Positions 47,157 through 58,202 of a DNA stretch of 64,000 nucleotides are shown in pieces. The DNA comes from an uncultured Acidobacteriota bacterium. GTDB taxonomy: Bacteria; Acidobacteriota; Thermoanaerobaculia; Multivoradales; UBA5704. Location: positions 2,784,001-2,848,000 of the forward strand of contig CAVYRF010000002.1 in the NCBI GenBank assembly GCA_963770895.1, read 5' to 3'. The position numbers and the translations under genes were made by a program. A model generated the notes under the pieces. The model was not told where the DNA came from, ran no database searches, and saw nothing but the letters and a program-made list of their open reading frames with translations. Numbering within the stretch: the first letter of the stretch is position 1; each line of letters opens with the position of its first letter.

Positions 47157-48446
47157 GTGGCGACGGTCACGGAAGCGCGTCCGGTCAACTACCGGGCGCT
47201 CATGAAGAAGGTCGAGCAGCTGGTGGCGACCTTGAGCCAGGCGGAGGACGAGGGCTCGACCATTCAGTCCCTGGTCGAAAGCATCATCGTCAAGTTCCGC
47301 GACGAGCTGGGTATCTTCGGCGGCCGGCTGTACCGCCGGCGCGGGGCGTTCTACGTCCTGCAGGCGACGTTCGGCGACGCCAAGGAGGTGCCGCGGGGGC
47401 TCAAGGTGCCGGTCACCTATCCGCCGATCGAGCTGCTGATCGAGGCGGGCGCCGTGTACATGGACGGCGACGATCCGCGCATCGACAAGAGCCTGGAAGA
47501 CCTGCTGGGAGTACAGCGCTTCGCCGCCATCGAGGTGGGCAGCGAAGAGTACATCCTGGCGTTCAACGTCGCCCCCGGCAACAACCGCGAAGACATCCTG
47601 TTCTCGCTGGGCATCGTGCGCCACAGCATCAACGAGAAGCTGCGCCGCGAGCGGATGGAAGGCATCTTCGAAGAGGCGCGCAAGATCCAGTCGTCGATCC
47701 TGCCGCGCCGCGCGCCGTCGTACGGGGACTTCGACATGTACGGCCGTTCGGTGCCGATGGAGAGCGTCGGCGGCGACTTTTTCGACTACATCCCGCTGAC
47801 CGACAAGATCCTGGGCCTGGCGATCGCCGACGTGTCGGGGCACGGCCTGCCGGCGGCGCTGCAGGTGCGCGACATCTACATGGGGCTGCGCATGGGGCTG
47901 GCGCGGGACTTCAAGATCGTGCGCACCGTCGAGCGCATGAACCGCATCATCCATCGCAGCACGCTGACCAGCCGCTTCGTGTCGCTGTTCTACGGCGAGC
48001 TGGAGCTCAACGGGGTCTTCATCTACGTCAACGCCGGCCACCCGCCGCCCTTCCACCTGGCGGCGGACGGCACCATCAGCCAGATGGAGGCGGGCGGCCC
48101 GGTGCTGGGGCCGCTCTCCGAAGCCAGCTACGAGCGCGGTTTCGTCATCATGAAGCCGGGCGACATGATGGTGTTCTATACCGACGGCATCATCGAAGCG
48201 CGCGGTTCCCACGACGACCGCCCCGGCGCGCCGCTCGACGAATACGGCCTGGATCGCCTGATGCACGTGGTGCGGGCCCACGCCGGCAAGCCCGCCCAGG
48301 CCGTGGTCGAAGCGGTCTTTGCCGACGTCGAAAAGTTCAGCATGCAGGCGCCGACCGAAGACGACCGCACCCTGATGGTCGTCTGCCTGCCGTCCGCGGA
48401 AAAGACCGCGACCGCCGCCTTCCCCCGCCCGCTGGGCCTGATCTGA
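47157..48446 (+). CDS. PP2C/SpoIIE (RsbU-like) serine phosphatase with an N-terminal GAF-like region
   Basis: 'ARKIQSSILP', 'VGGDFFD', 'IADVSGHGLPAAL', 'NAGHPPP', 'YTDGIIE', 'DDRT'. Confidence 0.92.
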   Translation: MATVTEARPVNYRALMKKVEQLVATLSQAEDEGSTIQSLVESIIVKFRDELGIFGGRLYRRRGAFYVLQATFGDAKEVPRGLKVPVTYPPIELLIEAGAVYMDGDDPRIDKSLEDLLGVQRFAAIEVGSEEYILAFNVAPGNNREDILFSLGIVRHSINEKLRRERMEGIFEEARKIQSSILPRRAPSYGDFDMYGRSVPMESVGGDFFDYIPLTDKILGLAIADVSGHGLPAALQVRDIYMGLRMGLARDFKIVRTVERMNRIIHRSTLTSRFVSLFYGELELNGVFIYVNAGHPPPFHLAADGTISQMEAGGPVLGPLSEASYERGFVIMKPGDMMVFYTDGIIEARGSHDDRPGAPLDEYGLDRLMHVVRAHAGKPAQAVVEAVFADVEKFSMQAPTEDDRTLMVVCLPSAEKTATAAFPRPLGLI

Positions 48447-48464
48447 TCCGCCAGGGTCGGGCGG

Positions 48465-49193
48465 CTAGGGCTTCGGCTCTGCAGGCGGGTCTGCCAGCGG
48501 CACGACTTCCAGCTGCTGGCGCAGCTTGACGATGCTCGACGCCGGATAGATCCCGGACCGCAGCTGGACGCCGGGGTAGATCTGGGTGCCGCGGCCGACC
48601 ACCGCGCCCGGATGGAGCACGCAGTTGCAACCGGTCAGCACGCCGTCGCCCAGCACCGCTCCCAGCTTGCGCCGGCCGCTGCCGATCGAGCCGCCAGCGG
48701 CGTCAGCGCCGGCCGCGCCCCCCGCCGTGCCGATGCGGACTTCGCGGCCGTCGTGGCGGAAGTTCGAAAGGATGGTGCCGGCCCCCAGGTTGACGTCGGC
48801 GCCCAGGATCGAATCGCCGACGTAGTTGAGGTGCGGCGCCCGCGCCCCGGGCAGCAGGATGCCACGCTTGATCTCGGTGCTGGCCCCGACCACGCAGCCG
48901 TCGCCGATCCAGGCGCCGCCGCGCACGTAGGCGCCGGGCCGGATCTCGACGTCGCGGCCGATGTACAGCGGCCCCTCCAGCACCACGCCAGGGTGGATGC
49001 GGGTGCCGCGGCCGATGGCGATGCGGTCGCCGGCCAGGTGCACCTCCGGCAGCAGGCCCACCTCGATGGCCGACGATGCCAGGCCGTCGAGCACCTGGTC
49101 GAGCGCCGCGCCGAGCAGCGCCCACGGCGCCTGGGGGTCGAAGTACGGCAGGAAGGGCGCCGGCAAGGCGGCAAAGAGCTGGGGGATCTGCAC
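48465..49193 (-). CDS. Stand-alone hexapeptide-repeat acyltransferase resembling the GlmU C-terminal domain
   Basis: 'IRPGAYVRG', 'APHLNYVGDSILG..VNLGAGT', 'GRRKLGAVLGD'. GTG 49193 chosen to avoid overlapping the divergent gene. Confidence 0.8.
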   Translation of the reverse strand: MQIPQLFAALPAPFLPYFDPQAPWALLGAALDQVLDGLASSAIEVGLLPEVHLAGDRIAIGRGTRIHPGVVLEGPLYIGRDVEIRPGAYVRGGAWIGDGCVVGASTEIKRGILLPGARAPHLNYVGDSILGADVNLGAGTILSNFRHDGREVRIGTAGGAAGADAAGGSIGSGRRKLGAVLGDGVLTGCNCVLHPGAVVGRGTQIYPGVQLRSGIYPASSIVKLRQQLEVVPLADPPAEPKP

Positions 49194-49219
49194 GCGCCGA
49201 ATGATACCCTGGGCGCGCC

Positions 49220-49945
49220 GTGGCCAACCGCCTGACACCCCCGCGGCGGCCGCCACGCCGATCTCCACCAGATCCGCCCACGCCGCCTCCGCCGTCATCG
49301 CCGGCGCATCCGCCGGCGCCGTTCGCCCCCCTGCCGCTGTCGTTCTACCACCGCCCGGCCGAGCAGGTTGCCATCGATCTGCTGGGCCGCTACCTGGTGC
49401 GCGAGATCGCGGGCGACCTGCTGGTGCTGCGCCTGGTCGAAGTGGAGGCCTACCTGGGGGCTCCCGACCGCGCCAGCCACGCCTGGGCCGGCCGCCGAAC
49501 GCGGCGCAACGCCAGCCTCTACCTGCCGGGCGGCCACGCCTACGTCTATTTCATCTACGGCATGCACTGGTGCCTGAACGCCGTCACCAACCAGGGCGGC
49601 ACCGGCGGCGCCGTCCTGCTGCGCGCCGGCGAGCCCGTGGAGGGGGCCGAGGCGATGTGCCGCAATCGCGGCTGGACCCGGCCGCCGCGCCCCGGCGACC
49701 TGGCCGGCGGCCCGGGCAAGCTCTGCCAGGCGCTTGCCGTGGACCGTTCCTTTGACGGCGTTGCCCTGGACGCCGGGCCGCTGCGCATCACCGGCGGCGA
49801 ACCGGTTGCCCCCGGCCTGGCCGCTGCCGGCCCCCGCATCGGCGTCGCCTATGCCGGCGAAGCCGCGGCCTGGCCGCTGCGCTTTTCCGTAGCCGGTAAC
49901 CTCCACGTTTCGCGCCCTCGCCCGGCCGCCCCTCCCGCGGCGTAA
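49220..49945 (+). CDS. mpg: DNA-3-methyladenine glycosylase (MPG/AAG family)
   Basis: 'VEVEAYLG..DRASH', 'YVYFIYGMHWCLN', 'AVLLRA', 'GPGKLCQAL', 'RIGV'. Confidence 0.92.
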   Translation: MANRLTPPRRPPRRSPPDPPTPPPPSSPAHPPAPFAPLPLSFYHRPAEQVAIDLLGRYLVREIAGDLLVLRLVEVEAYLGAPDRASHAWAGRRTRRNASLYLPGGHAYVYFIYGMHWCLNAVTNQGGTGGAVLLRAGEPVEGAEAMCRNRGWTRPPRPGDLAGGPGKLCQALAVDRSFDGVALDAGPLRITGGEPVAPGLAAAGPRIGVAYAGEAAAWPLRFSVAGNLHVSRPRPAAPPAA

Positions 49946-50035
49946 TTCCGACGCTGCGCGGCTAGAGCCGTGCGTCAAATCGGAGGTGTTGCAGGTCGGC
50001 CTGTGTGTCGCGGCTCCCAGGCCCAGGCCGCCGCG

Positions 50036-51220
50036 CTACTTGCCGGCTTTGTTGGTGAAGCGGATGTGGCCGGCCTTGGCCAGCTTCCAGAAGACCATGA
50101 GGGCGTCGATCTGCGGCATGGGGGTGATCTTGATGATGGACTGGATGTCGTAGGTGCCGTTGATGCGCGTCAGCATGAAGCCTTCCTGCGGCGAGATCTT
50201 GGCCGAGGTCAGCTGCTCCATGGGCGCGCCCAGCTGCGGCACCGAGGTCAGGCGGATGCCGTCGCGCTCGATCTGCTCGCGGATCTGCTTTTCGCCCTCG
50301 GTCATGGCGTCCTGCACTTCGCGGTTGTCGGGTTCCAGGCTGCGCGCGGCGCGCAGGTGGCGCAGGGCGATCTCGAAGTTCTTCTGCTCCATGTAGACCC
50401 GCGCCGCGTCCAGCAGCGCGGCGGCGGACAGCACCGCCATGCCGCTGGTCAGGGTGCCGGGGGCGCCGCTGCTCAGCGGACCTACGGAGCCGCCGCCGTT
50501 GTCGCCGGTCGGGAAGCTCCACCGCGGCTTGATGATCTTGACGAAGCCTTGCTGGTACTGCTCGAACAGCACGCGGCAGACGTGGAACTCGGAGGAGTGC
50601 GTCTGCAGGCGGATCTCTTCGACCGTGCGCTCGTCGTCCACCAGCTCCAGGATGCGGCGCTCGCCGGGCCGGGCATTTTCCAGGTCCAGCTCGCGCAGGC
50701 TGACCGGGATCGCCTCCTGCGTCGGGATGAGGGCGCGGATGCGCCGCCATTCGTCGACGCGCTGCACGCCTTCCATGACGATGGCGGTCACGTCCAGGCT
50801 CATCGGCACCATGGCGCTTTCGGGCAGCACGTCGTCCAGAAAGCGGAAGTCGGCTTCGGTCCACGCGAAGACGTCGTAGATGCTCTCTTCGGCCTTCAGC
50901 CGCAGCATGCGGTGCAGGTCGTTCTCGCGCAGCGCGCCGGTGGTGACCAGGATCTTGCCGAGCAGGGTGCGGGTCTTTTCCTGCAGCTCGATCGCCTTGG
51001 ACAGCTCGATCTCGCTGATCAATCCGTGGCTGACCAGAAAGTGCCCCAGGTACTCTTCGGGCTTGGACGAGGACGACGACAGGATGCGCCCGTCCTTGAA
51101 GTAGATCCGTTTTTCGACCTTGCCGCTGTTGATCTCCAGCGTGCCGCTTTTCTTGCTTTGCGACAGCCACTGCAGCAGCTCTTCGAGCTGCATCGTGCGG
51201 AGATTGCCAACAATGCCCAT
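50036..51220 (-). CDS. DUF4388 (PatA-N-like) domain protein with a TPR-like segment
   Basis: 'GNLRTMQLEELLQWLS..KKSGTL', 'IYFKDGRI', 'LGKILV', 'MEGVQRVDEW', 'SPQEGFMLTRING'. Confidence 0.85.
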   Translation of the reverse strand: MGIVGNLRTMQLEELLQWLSQSKKSGTLEINSGKVEKRIYFKDGRILSSSSSKPEEYLGHFLVSHGLISEIELSKAIELQEKTRTLLGKILVTTGALRENDLHRMLRLKAEESIYDVFAWTEADFRFLDDVLPESAMVPMSLDVTAIVMEGVQRVDEWRRIRALIPTQEAIPVSLRELDLENARPGERRILELVDDERTVEEIRLQTHSSEFHVCRVLFEQYQQGFVKIIKPRWSFPTGDNGGGSVGPLSSGAPGTLTSGMAVLSAAALLDAARVYMEQKNFEIALRHLRAARSLEPDNREVQDAMTEGEKQIREQIERDGIRLTSVPQLGAPMEQLTSAKISPQEGFMLTRINGTYDIQSIIKITPMPQIDALMVFWKLAKAGHIRFTNKAGK

Positions 51221-51231
51221 GAGGTCGGTCG

Positions 51232-51720
51232 TCAACCGCGCGCGCGCGTCGTCCCGGTCTGCCCCTGGTAGTGGCTGCTGGAGCCGGGCTCGCCGTAGGC
51301 TACCTCGGGCTCCGATTCCATCGAGATGAAGATCAGCTGCGCGATGCGCCGCCCGGCGTCGAGCACGAACGGCTCGGGCCCCAGGTTCTGCAATTCGAGC
51401 GTGATGTTGCCTTCGAAGCCGGGGTCGCACCAGCCGGCCATGGAATGATTGATCCACAGCCGCCCGAGCGTCGACTTGAGCTTCAGATCGCACGCCACCT
51501 GGCGCGGGATGCGCACGATCTCCATCGTCGACGCCAGCACCACTTCGCCGGGAAACAGCTTGACCTGCGGCGCCCAGAACTCCTGCGGTTCGCGGGTGGG
51601 GCAGATCCAGTGATCGCTCACCCGCACGTCGTAGCTGGCGGAATTGATCTGGCCGGGTTCGAACGGCGTCACGCCGCCCTCCCGCCCCCAGTTGCGAATC
51701 CAGTGATCCGGCTTGATCAA
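51232..51720 (-). CDS. dcd: dCTP deaminase
   Basis: 'INSASYDVR', 'KSTLGRL', 'DPGFEGNITLEL', 'RIAQLIF', 'YQGQ'; TTG start after GGAG. Confidence 0.92.
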   Translation of the reverse strand: MIKPDHWIRNWGREGGVTPFEPGQINSASYDVRVSDHWICPTREPQEFWAPQVKLFPGEVVLASTMEIVRIPRQVACDLKLKSTLGRLWINHSMAGWCDPGFEGNITLELQNLGPEPFVLDAGRRIAQLIFISMESEPEVAYGEPGSSSHYQGQTGTTRARG

Positions 51721-51790
51721 GACGCTCTCTCCTCCCCTTGCTGGACGGGCGTGACCGCGGAATCGCATGCGCCGCGAGCTGGTGCCGCCA

Positions 51791-52813
<1,023 letters not shown>

Positions 52814-52815
52814 GG

Positions 52816-54099
52816 TCAGCGCCTTTCTGCCGCGGCGACGGTGGTGGAACTGGTGGTTGTGGTGGCCGGCGCCGCTGGAGCCGCCGGCGTGGCCTGGCGA
52901 GCGGCGGCGGCGGTGGCGGCGGGGATCGGCGCGTTGAAGGCCGCGACGCCGGTGATCGCTTCGCCCAGGATGAGGGTGTGGATGTCGTGCGTCCCTTCGT
53001 AGGTGTACACGGACTCGATGTTCAGCATGTGCCGGATCACCGGGTAGTCGTCGACGATGCCGTTGGCACCCAGCACTTCGCGCGCCAGCTTGGCGCATTC
53101 GCGCGCCACCCACACGTTGTTGCGCTTGCCGAGCGACACGTGGTGCGGTTTGAGGCGGCCGGCATCCTTGAGATGGCCGAGCTGCAGGCAGAGCATCTGG
53201 CCCTTGGTGATCTCGCTCACCATCCACACCAGCTTTTCCTGCACCAGCTGGTGGCTGGCGATCGGCTGGCCGTTCCACTGCACCCGCTGTTTGGCGTATT
53301 CGATCGCGGTGTGGCAGCACTCCATGGCGGCGCCGATGCCGCCCCAGGCGATGCCGTAGCGCGCCTGGTTGAGACACATCAGCGGGCTCTTCAAGCCGGT
53401 CGAGCCGGGCAGGATGGCGTCGCCGGGCACGCGGCAGTCGTGAAAGCCCAGCTCCGACGTGGTGGAGGCGCGCAGCGAGAACTTGCCGTGCTGGTCGGCG
53501 GCGGTGAAGCCGGGCGTCCCCTTCTCGACCAGGAAGCCGCGGATGCCTTCGTCGGTGCGCGCCCAGACCACCGCGACGTCGGCCAGGGTGCCGTTGGTGA
53601 TCCACTGTTTGCTGCCGTTGATCACCCAATCGCTGCCCTGGCGGCGGGCGGTGGTGCGCATGCCGCCGGGATTGGAGCCGAAGTCGGGTTCGGTCAGCCC
53701 GAAGCAGCCGATCGCTTCGCCGGTGGCGAGCCGCGGGATCCAGCGGTCCTTCTGCTCCTGCGAGCCGAAGGTGTAGATCGGGTACATCACCAGGCCGCTC
53801 TGCACCGACACGAAGCTGCGCAGGCCCGAATCGCCGCGCTCCAGCTCCTGCATGATGAGGCCGTAGGCGACGCCGCCCAGGCCGGGCAGCCCGTAATCGG
53901 GGATGCTGGCGCCGAACAGGTTGAGCGCCCCCATCTGAGGCACCAGCTCGAGCGGCGTGCGGCCCTCGCGATGGCACTCTTCGATGATCGGTTTCACCTT
54001 GTCGTCCACGAAGGCGCGCACGGTATCGCGCACCAGGCGCTCTTCGTCGCCGAGCAGAGCGTCAAGCTCCAGAAAGTCGATGCCAGGGAAGCGGCTCAA
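52816..54099 (-). CDS. Acyl-CoA dehydrogenase, glutaryl-CoA dehydrogenase family
   Basis: '[17 protein letters not shown]', '[14 protein letters not shown]', 'WITNG', 'ARYGIAWG', 'TYEGTHDIH'; TTG start after AAGGAG. Confidence 0.9.
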   Translation of the reverse strand: MSRFPGIDFLELDALLGDEERLVRDTVRAFVDDKVKPIIEECHREGRTPLELVPQMGALNLFGASIPDYGLPGLGGVAYGLIMQELERGDSGLRSFVSVQSGLVMYPIYTFGSQEQKDRWIPRLATGEAIGCFGLTEPDFGSNPGGMRTTARRQGSDWVINGSKQWITNGTLADVAVVWARTDEGIRGFLVEKGTPGFTAADQHGKFSLRASTTSELGFHDCRVPGDAILPGSTGLKSPLMCLNQARYGIAWGGIGAAMECCHTAIEYAKQRVQWNGQPIASHQLVQEKLVWMVSEITKGQMLCLQLGHLKDAGRLKPHHVSLGKRNNVWVARECAKLAREVLGANGIVDDYPVIRHMLNIESVYTYEGTHDIHTLILGEAITGVAAFNAPIPAATAAAARQATPAAPAAPATTTTSSTTVAAAERR

Positions 54100-54419
54100 G
54101 GGGAGACTCCTTTTTCAGTCGCCAAGCCGGGCGGCGCGTGGCAGGCGCAGCGCGCGGGCCGCTTCCGGCCCACGCCGGGAGCGGGGGCCGGGTGGCGGCC
54201 AGCGGTGGCAGCGCGGCAAGCCGAGGCAGCGCGGCTGTGTTTTGACTCGCATCGGTCGCATGGATCACACCGGGCGCATCATATAGATGCAACGAGCTTT
54301 GCGGGCGGGATGCCAGGGCTATCGCCGCGGCTTTGCAAAAAGCACATCGCCATCATAGCACGCAGGGGAAGGCGTCCCGCCGCGCCGCGGTAGGAGCGCC
54401 AGGCAGGGTATGATGGCCG

Positions 54420-54689
54420 GTGATGGGCATTCCCGGCGGCAGCGCCTACGCCATGAGCCGCGACATCGCTGGAGGCTTCACCCTGGTGACGGAGCGCTCG
54501 TTCCGCGCCCTGACTCCGGCTGACCTGGACAAGCTGACCTTCGAAATGGACCGCCACATGCGTGAGCTGCGCGGCGAACAGGCCGCAACCGAAGACATCC
54601 CCGCCATCCAGCAGCGCAATCGCCGCATCCAGCGTCTCAACCAGGCGATGGTGGTGCTGCGCAGCTTCCGCCAGCGGCAGAAGGTCTGA
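54420..54689 (+). CDS. Small hypothetical protein (helical/coiled-coil)
   Basis: 89 aa ('GGSAYAMSRDIAGG...RNRRIQRL'); typical codon bias; first gene of an apparent operon. Confidence 0.75.
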   Translation: MMGIPGGSAYAMSRDIAGGFTLVTERSFRALTPADLDKLTFEMDRHMRELRGEQAATEDIPAIQQRNRRIQRLNQAMVVLRSFRQRQKV

Positions 54690-54703
54690 AGGCCCGCCTG
54701 CCG

Positions 54704-55999
54704 ATGGAGGTTCCCGCCGGTTCCCAAGGCGTCCGCGGCGGCGCCCTCGTCTTGATCGCCCTGGCCGCGCTGGGGTCGCTGGCCATGCTGGCCGTCCTGG
54801 GCATGACGGGCGCCGTCCTGGTCCTGCGCACGTTCGGACCGCTCGCCGGGGCGGTGGCGGCGGCCTGGACGCTCGACCACATGTGCCGGCAGCGGGGCCT
54901 GATGCCGCCCGGCTTCCGCCACCCGTGGCGGCGCCTCGCCGCGTCGCTGGTGGTGACGTGCATCCTGTGGATCGCCATCTTCGAGCCCCTGGGCAGCGTC
55001 GGGCTGGAAGTGAAGATGGACCTGTCCACCATCCACACGGCGCAGCTGTTCCTGCTGCACATCCTGATGTCGATTGCCGTCGTCGCCTGGTTCCTGCTCG
55101 GCTTCGCCTTCGTGCGTCCCGCCCCGGCCGCGCCGCCGCCCGACCCCGGCCAACCGGCGCCGGGCGGCCTGCCGGCCACCGGCGGATGGGGCGAGCCCGA
55201 ATCGCTCGTCGTGCCGTCGCCCGCTGCGCCCCAGATCGCGTCGGATGCGGCTCTGACCGTGCCGGCAGTCGCCCCGATCGCGCTCCTGGCCGAGCCGGTC
55301 GCCACCTCGACCGCGCGGATGGACGCGCTGGAATCGGTCCCCTCCGTGGCGGGCGCCGATCAGGACGACCTTGCCTTGCAGCGGGCGGAGGCGCCGGAGC
55401 CGCCGCCGTTTGCCCTGCCGGTATCGTCGCCATTGCCGCTATTGCCGCCGGCGCCGTCGGCGCCGCCGGTAGTGGTGCCGGCGCCCGCGCCGCGGCCGCG
55501 GTTTTTGCGCCAGGTGGCGGCGCAGCTGGGGCTGCTGGCGGCCAGCATCCGGCGCGAAGTCGGCATCGGCATGCTGCTGGGCCTGGGGGCCTGGGCGGCG
55601 GTGCTGCTCACCCTGCTGGTGGTCGCCGTGGTGCTGTCGGCGCTGGGCGGCGAGGGGGCCCTGCCCAAGCCGTCGGCGATCCTGCCCTGGATCGCGGCGC
55701 TGCCGATCGTGGTGCGCATCCTGGTCAGCCTGTCGGCGGGTTTCGTCGAGGAGATCTTCTTTCGCGGCTTCCTGCAGCCCCGCGTCGGCATCACCCTTTC
55801 GACGGCCTTCTTCGTGCTGGCGCACGTGTCCTACGGGCAGCCGTTCATGCTGCTGGGCATCACCCTGCTGTCGCTGATCTTCGCCTTCCTGGTGCGCTGG
55901 CGGCAGACCATCTGGCCCGCCATCGCGGCGCACGCCCTGTTCGACGGCGTGCAGCTGCTGCTGATCATCCCCGCCTTGCGCCGGGTGATCCCCAGCTGA
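54704..55999 (+). CDS. CPBP/Abi (CAAX-like) intramembrane glutamic endopeptidase with a Pro-rich insert
   Basis: 'EEIFFRGFLQ', 'FVLAH', 'AIAAHALFD'. Confidence 0.88.
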   Translation: MEVPAGSQGVRGGALVLIALAALGSLAMLAVLGMTGAVLVLRTFGPLAGAVAAAWTLDHMCRQRGLMPPGFRHPWRRLAASLVVTCILWIAIFEPLGSVGLEVKMDLSTIHTAQLFLLHILMSIAVVAWFLLGFAFVRPAPAAPPPDPGQPAPGGLPATGGWGEPESLVVPSPAAPQIASDAALTVPAVAPIALLAEPVATSTARMDALESVPSVAGADQDDLALQRAEAPEPPPFALPVSSPLPLLPPAPSAPPVVVPAPAPRPRFLRQVAAQLGLLAASIRREVGIGMLLGLGAWAAVLLTLLVVAVVLSALGGEGALPKPSAILPWIAALPIVVRILVSLSAGFVEEIFFRGFLQPRVGITLSTAFFVLAHVSYGQPFMLLGITLLSLIFAFLVRWRQTIWPAIAAHALFDGVQLLLIIPALRRVIPS

Positions 56000-56076
56000 C
56001 GGTTGGCGCGGTCGGCAGCAGGGTCACCGGCAGCTGCGCCTATCTGGTAGACTCCCGCCTCAGAGGGCTCCCCGCA

Positions 56077-56526
56077 ATGTCAGACGAACAGAGTTTCCAT
56101 CTGACGATCGGGAGCCGCTTTGAAAACATCGAGCTGGTTCAGCTCATTTTGAAGGGCTCTCTCGATCAGCTCGGTCTGGACGACGACAACCGCCACTGGA
56201 TCGACGTTGCCGTCCGCGAAGCGGTGGCCAACGCGATCAAGCACGGCAATCAGGAAGACCCCGCCAAGCAGGTCGTGATCGACATGACGATCGAAAACGA
56301 CACCATGGTGATCCGGGTCGAAGACGAGGGCATCGGGTTCGACCCCTCCCGTCTGGACGATCCGCTGGCACCGGAAAACCTGCTCAAGCCGAACGGCCGC
56401 GGGATCTTCTACATGAAAAGCTTCATGGACGACATCCAATACGGCGTCCGCCCGGGAGGCGGCACGCTGGTGACGCTGCGCAAGCGGCTCACCAGGTCCG
56501 AACGTGAACGTGAACGTGGAGCGTGA
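56077..56526 (+). CDS. RsbW-like anti-sigma factor / Ser-Thr kinase
   Basis: 'VREAVANAIKHGN', 'DEGIGFDP', 'GRGIFYM..FMD'. Confidence 0.92.
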   Translation: MSDEQSFHLTIGSRFENIELVQLILKGSLDQLGLDDDNRHWIDVAVREAVANAIKHGNQEDPAKQVVIDMTIENDTMVIRVEDEGIGFDPSRLDDPLAPENLLKPNGRGIFYMKSFMDDIQYGVRPGGGTLVTLRKRLTRSERERERGA

Positions 56527-56542
56527 ATAGGAGAGGCAAGAG

Positions 56543-56878
56543 ATGAAAATCAACGTGCGTAAGCGGAACGACGTCACGATCCTGGACCTGCAGGGCAAGA
56601 TCACCATCGGCGTCGGTGACGTCGCCGTGCGCAACGCGGTGCAGGAAGCGTTGGGCGCCGGCGCCTCCAATCTCATCATCAACATGAAGGACGTCACCAC
56701 CATCGATTCCTCGGGGGTCGGCGAGCTGGTCAGCTCCTACACCACCGCCATCAACCGCGGCGCCAAGCTGCGGCTGGAAAACCTTCCCGCCAAGGTCTCC
56801 GACATCCTGCACATCACCCAGCTGATCACCGTCTTCGACATCTACGACACCGAAGAAGAAGCCCTGGCCTCGTTCTAG
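56543..56878 (+). CDS. STAS-domain anti-sigma-factor antagonist (RsbV-like)
   Basis: 'ILDLQGKITIG', phospho-Ser motif 'IDSSGVGELV', 'ITQLITVF'; RBS AGGAG. Confidence 0.93.
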   Translation: MKINVRKRNDVTILDLQGKITIGVGDVAVRNAVQEALGAGASNLIINMKDVTTIDSSGVGELVSSYTTAINRGAKLRLENLPAKVSDILHITQLITVFDIYDTEEEALASF

Positions 56879-56911
56879 GGTGGCGTCCTCCAGCACCCCT
56901 TTCTGATCCGC

Positions 56912-57889
56912 GTGGCGAGAGCGGCGTCAGGCCAAGGCCACGGGACCGATGCAGCGGGGCGGACCGCGGCCGCGCCGCCGGGCGCCGCGCCCGCCGCCGC
57001 GCAGGCGGCGCTCGCCGGCGGCCTGGCGGCGCTCGCCGAGCGGGTCGACCGGCGGCTGCCGCAGCTGCTGCCGCCGCCGGAGCAGCGCCCCGAACCGGTG
57101 CACCGGGCAATGCACTACGCCTTGACCGGCGCCGGCAAGCGCGTGCGCCCGGTCCTCACCCTGGTGGTGGCGGAGCTGTTCGGTGCCCGTCCGGACGCCG
57201 TGCTCGACCTGGCCTGCGCGGTCGAGATGGTCCACGCCTGCTCGCTGGTCCTGGACGACCTGCCTTCGATGGACGATGCGGCGCTGCGTCGCGGCCGTCC
57301 CACCGTGCACCGGGCGTTCGGCGAAAACGTCGCGCTGCTCGCGGCGCTGGCCCTGCTCAACCGCGCCTACGCGCTGGTGGCCGAAAGCGCGCACCACCTG
57401 TCTCTCAAGCGCTATGCGAGCGAAGACATGGTGCACCACCTGGCGGCGGCCATCGGCAGCGAAGGGCTGATCGGCGGCCAGGCCCTGGACCTGCTGTCCT
57501 CCCCCGGCGACCTCGACCTGGAGGTGCTGGAGTTCATCCACAGCCACAAGACAGGGGCGCTCTTCATGGCCGCGGGGGAGCTCGGCGCCATGGCTGCCGA
57601 CGCGCGCCGCCGCGACCTGGCCCTGGTCGCCCGCTTCGCCAAGAATCTGGGACTGGCCTTCCAGATCTCCGACGACCTGCTGGACGTGCTGGGGTCCACG
57701 GAATCCACCGGCAAGGACGTCCACCGCGACGCCGCCAAGGTCACCTTCGTCAAGCTCCTGGGCCTGGACGGCGCCCAGGCCCTGGCCGCCGAGCTGCTGG
57801 GCTTCGCCGTCCAGTCGCTCGACCCGCTGGGCCGCAAGGGCGACCCGCTGCGCGCCCTCGCCCACTTCGTCCAGCACCGCACGCGCTAA
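56912..57889 (+). CDS. Polyprenyl diphosphate synthase (IspA/CrtE-like)
   Basis: 'GKRVRP', 'EMVH..SLVLDDLPSMD', 'RRGRPT', 'GGQALD', 'KTGAL', 'FQISDDLLD'. Confidence 0.93.
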   Translation: MARAASGQGHGTDAAGRTAAAPPGAAPAAAQAALAGGLAALAERVDRRLPQLLPPPEQRPEPVHRAMHYALTGAGKRVRPVLTLVVAELFGARPDAVLDLACAVEMVHACSLVLDDLPSMDDAALRRGRPTVHRAFGENVALLAALALLNRAYALVAESAHHLSLKRYASEDMVHHLAAAIGSEGLIGGQALDLLSSPGDLDLEVLEFIHSHKTGALFMAAGELGAMAADARRRDLALVARFAKNLGLAFQISDDLLDVLGSTESTGKDVHRDAAKVTFVKLLGLDGAQALAAELLGFAVQSLDPLGRKGDPLRALAHFVQHRTR

Positions 57890-58202
57890 GGCGGTGCCCG
57901 CGGCCCGACCTTGACCCGGGCTTTGATCTGGACATTCGGCTGGTCCCAGGCGGCCACTCCTGTTCTCCCTTACCCCTGAGTCCTCGCGCCTCTTTCCCTA
58001 GCCTTCGTCCCCGCCCGCTTCGGTCCGCATCCCCGCTTCCCGGTCTCCCCTCTTTTGGCCGCCGCCGGGTCTAAACCTCTGTCGGGGAAGGGGTGGGCGG
58101 CGGCTTGTGGGATTTGGTCGGAGCCGGGAATTTCCCGGATTGTGCCAACAGTTGAGTAGGTAGTTACGGGCGGTAACCGCCCGGGCGCCGCTGTAGACCA
58201 GA

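Noticed and set aside
54296-54315. Sigma-54-like TGGCAT-N5-CCGC upstream of the acyl-CoA dehydrogenase
   Set aside because: The -12 element lacks TTGC, and GG-N10-GC alone is common at this GC content.
56500-56520. GAACGT tandem repeats as a LexA-like GAAC box
   Set aside because: They lie within the RsbW coding tail (ERERER), the spacing does not match and the downstream gene is not SOS-related.
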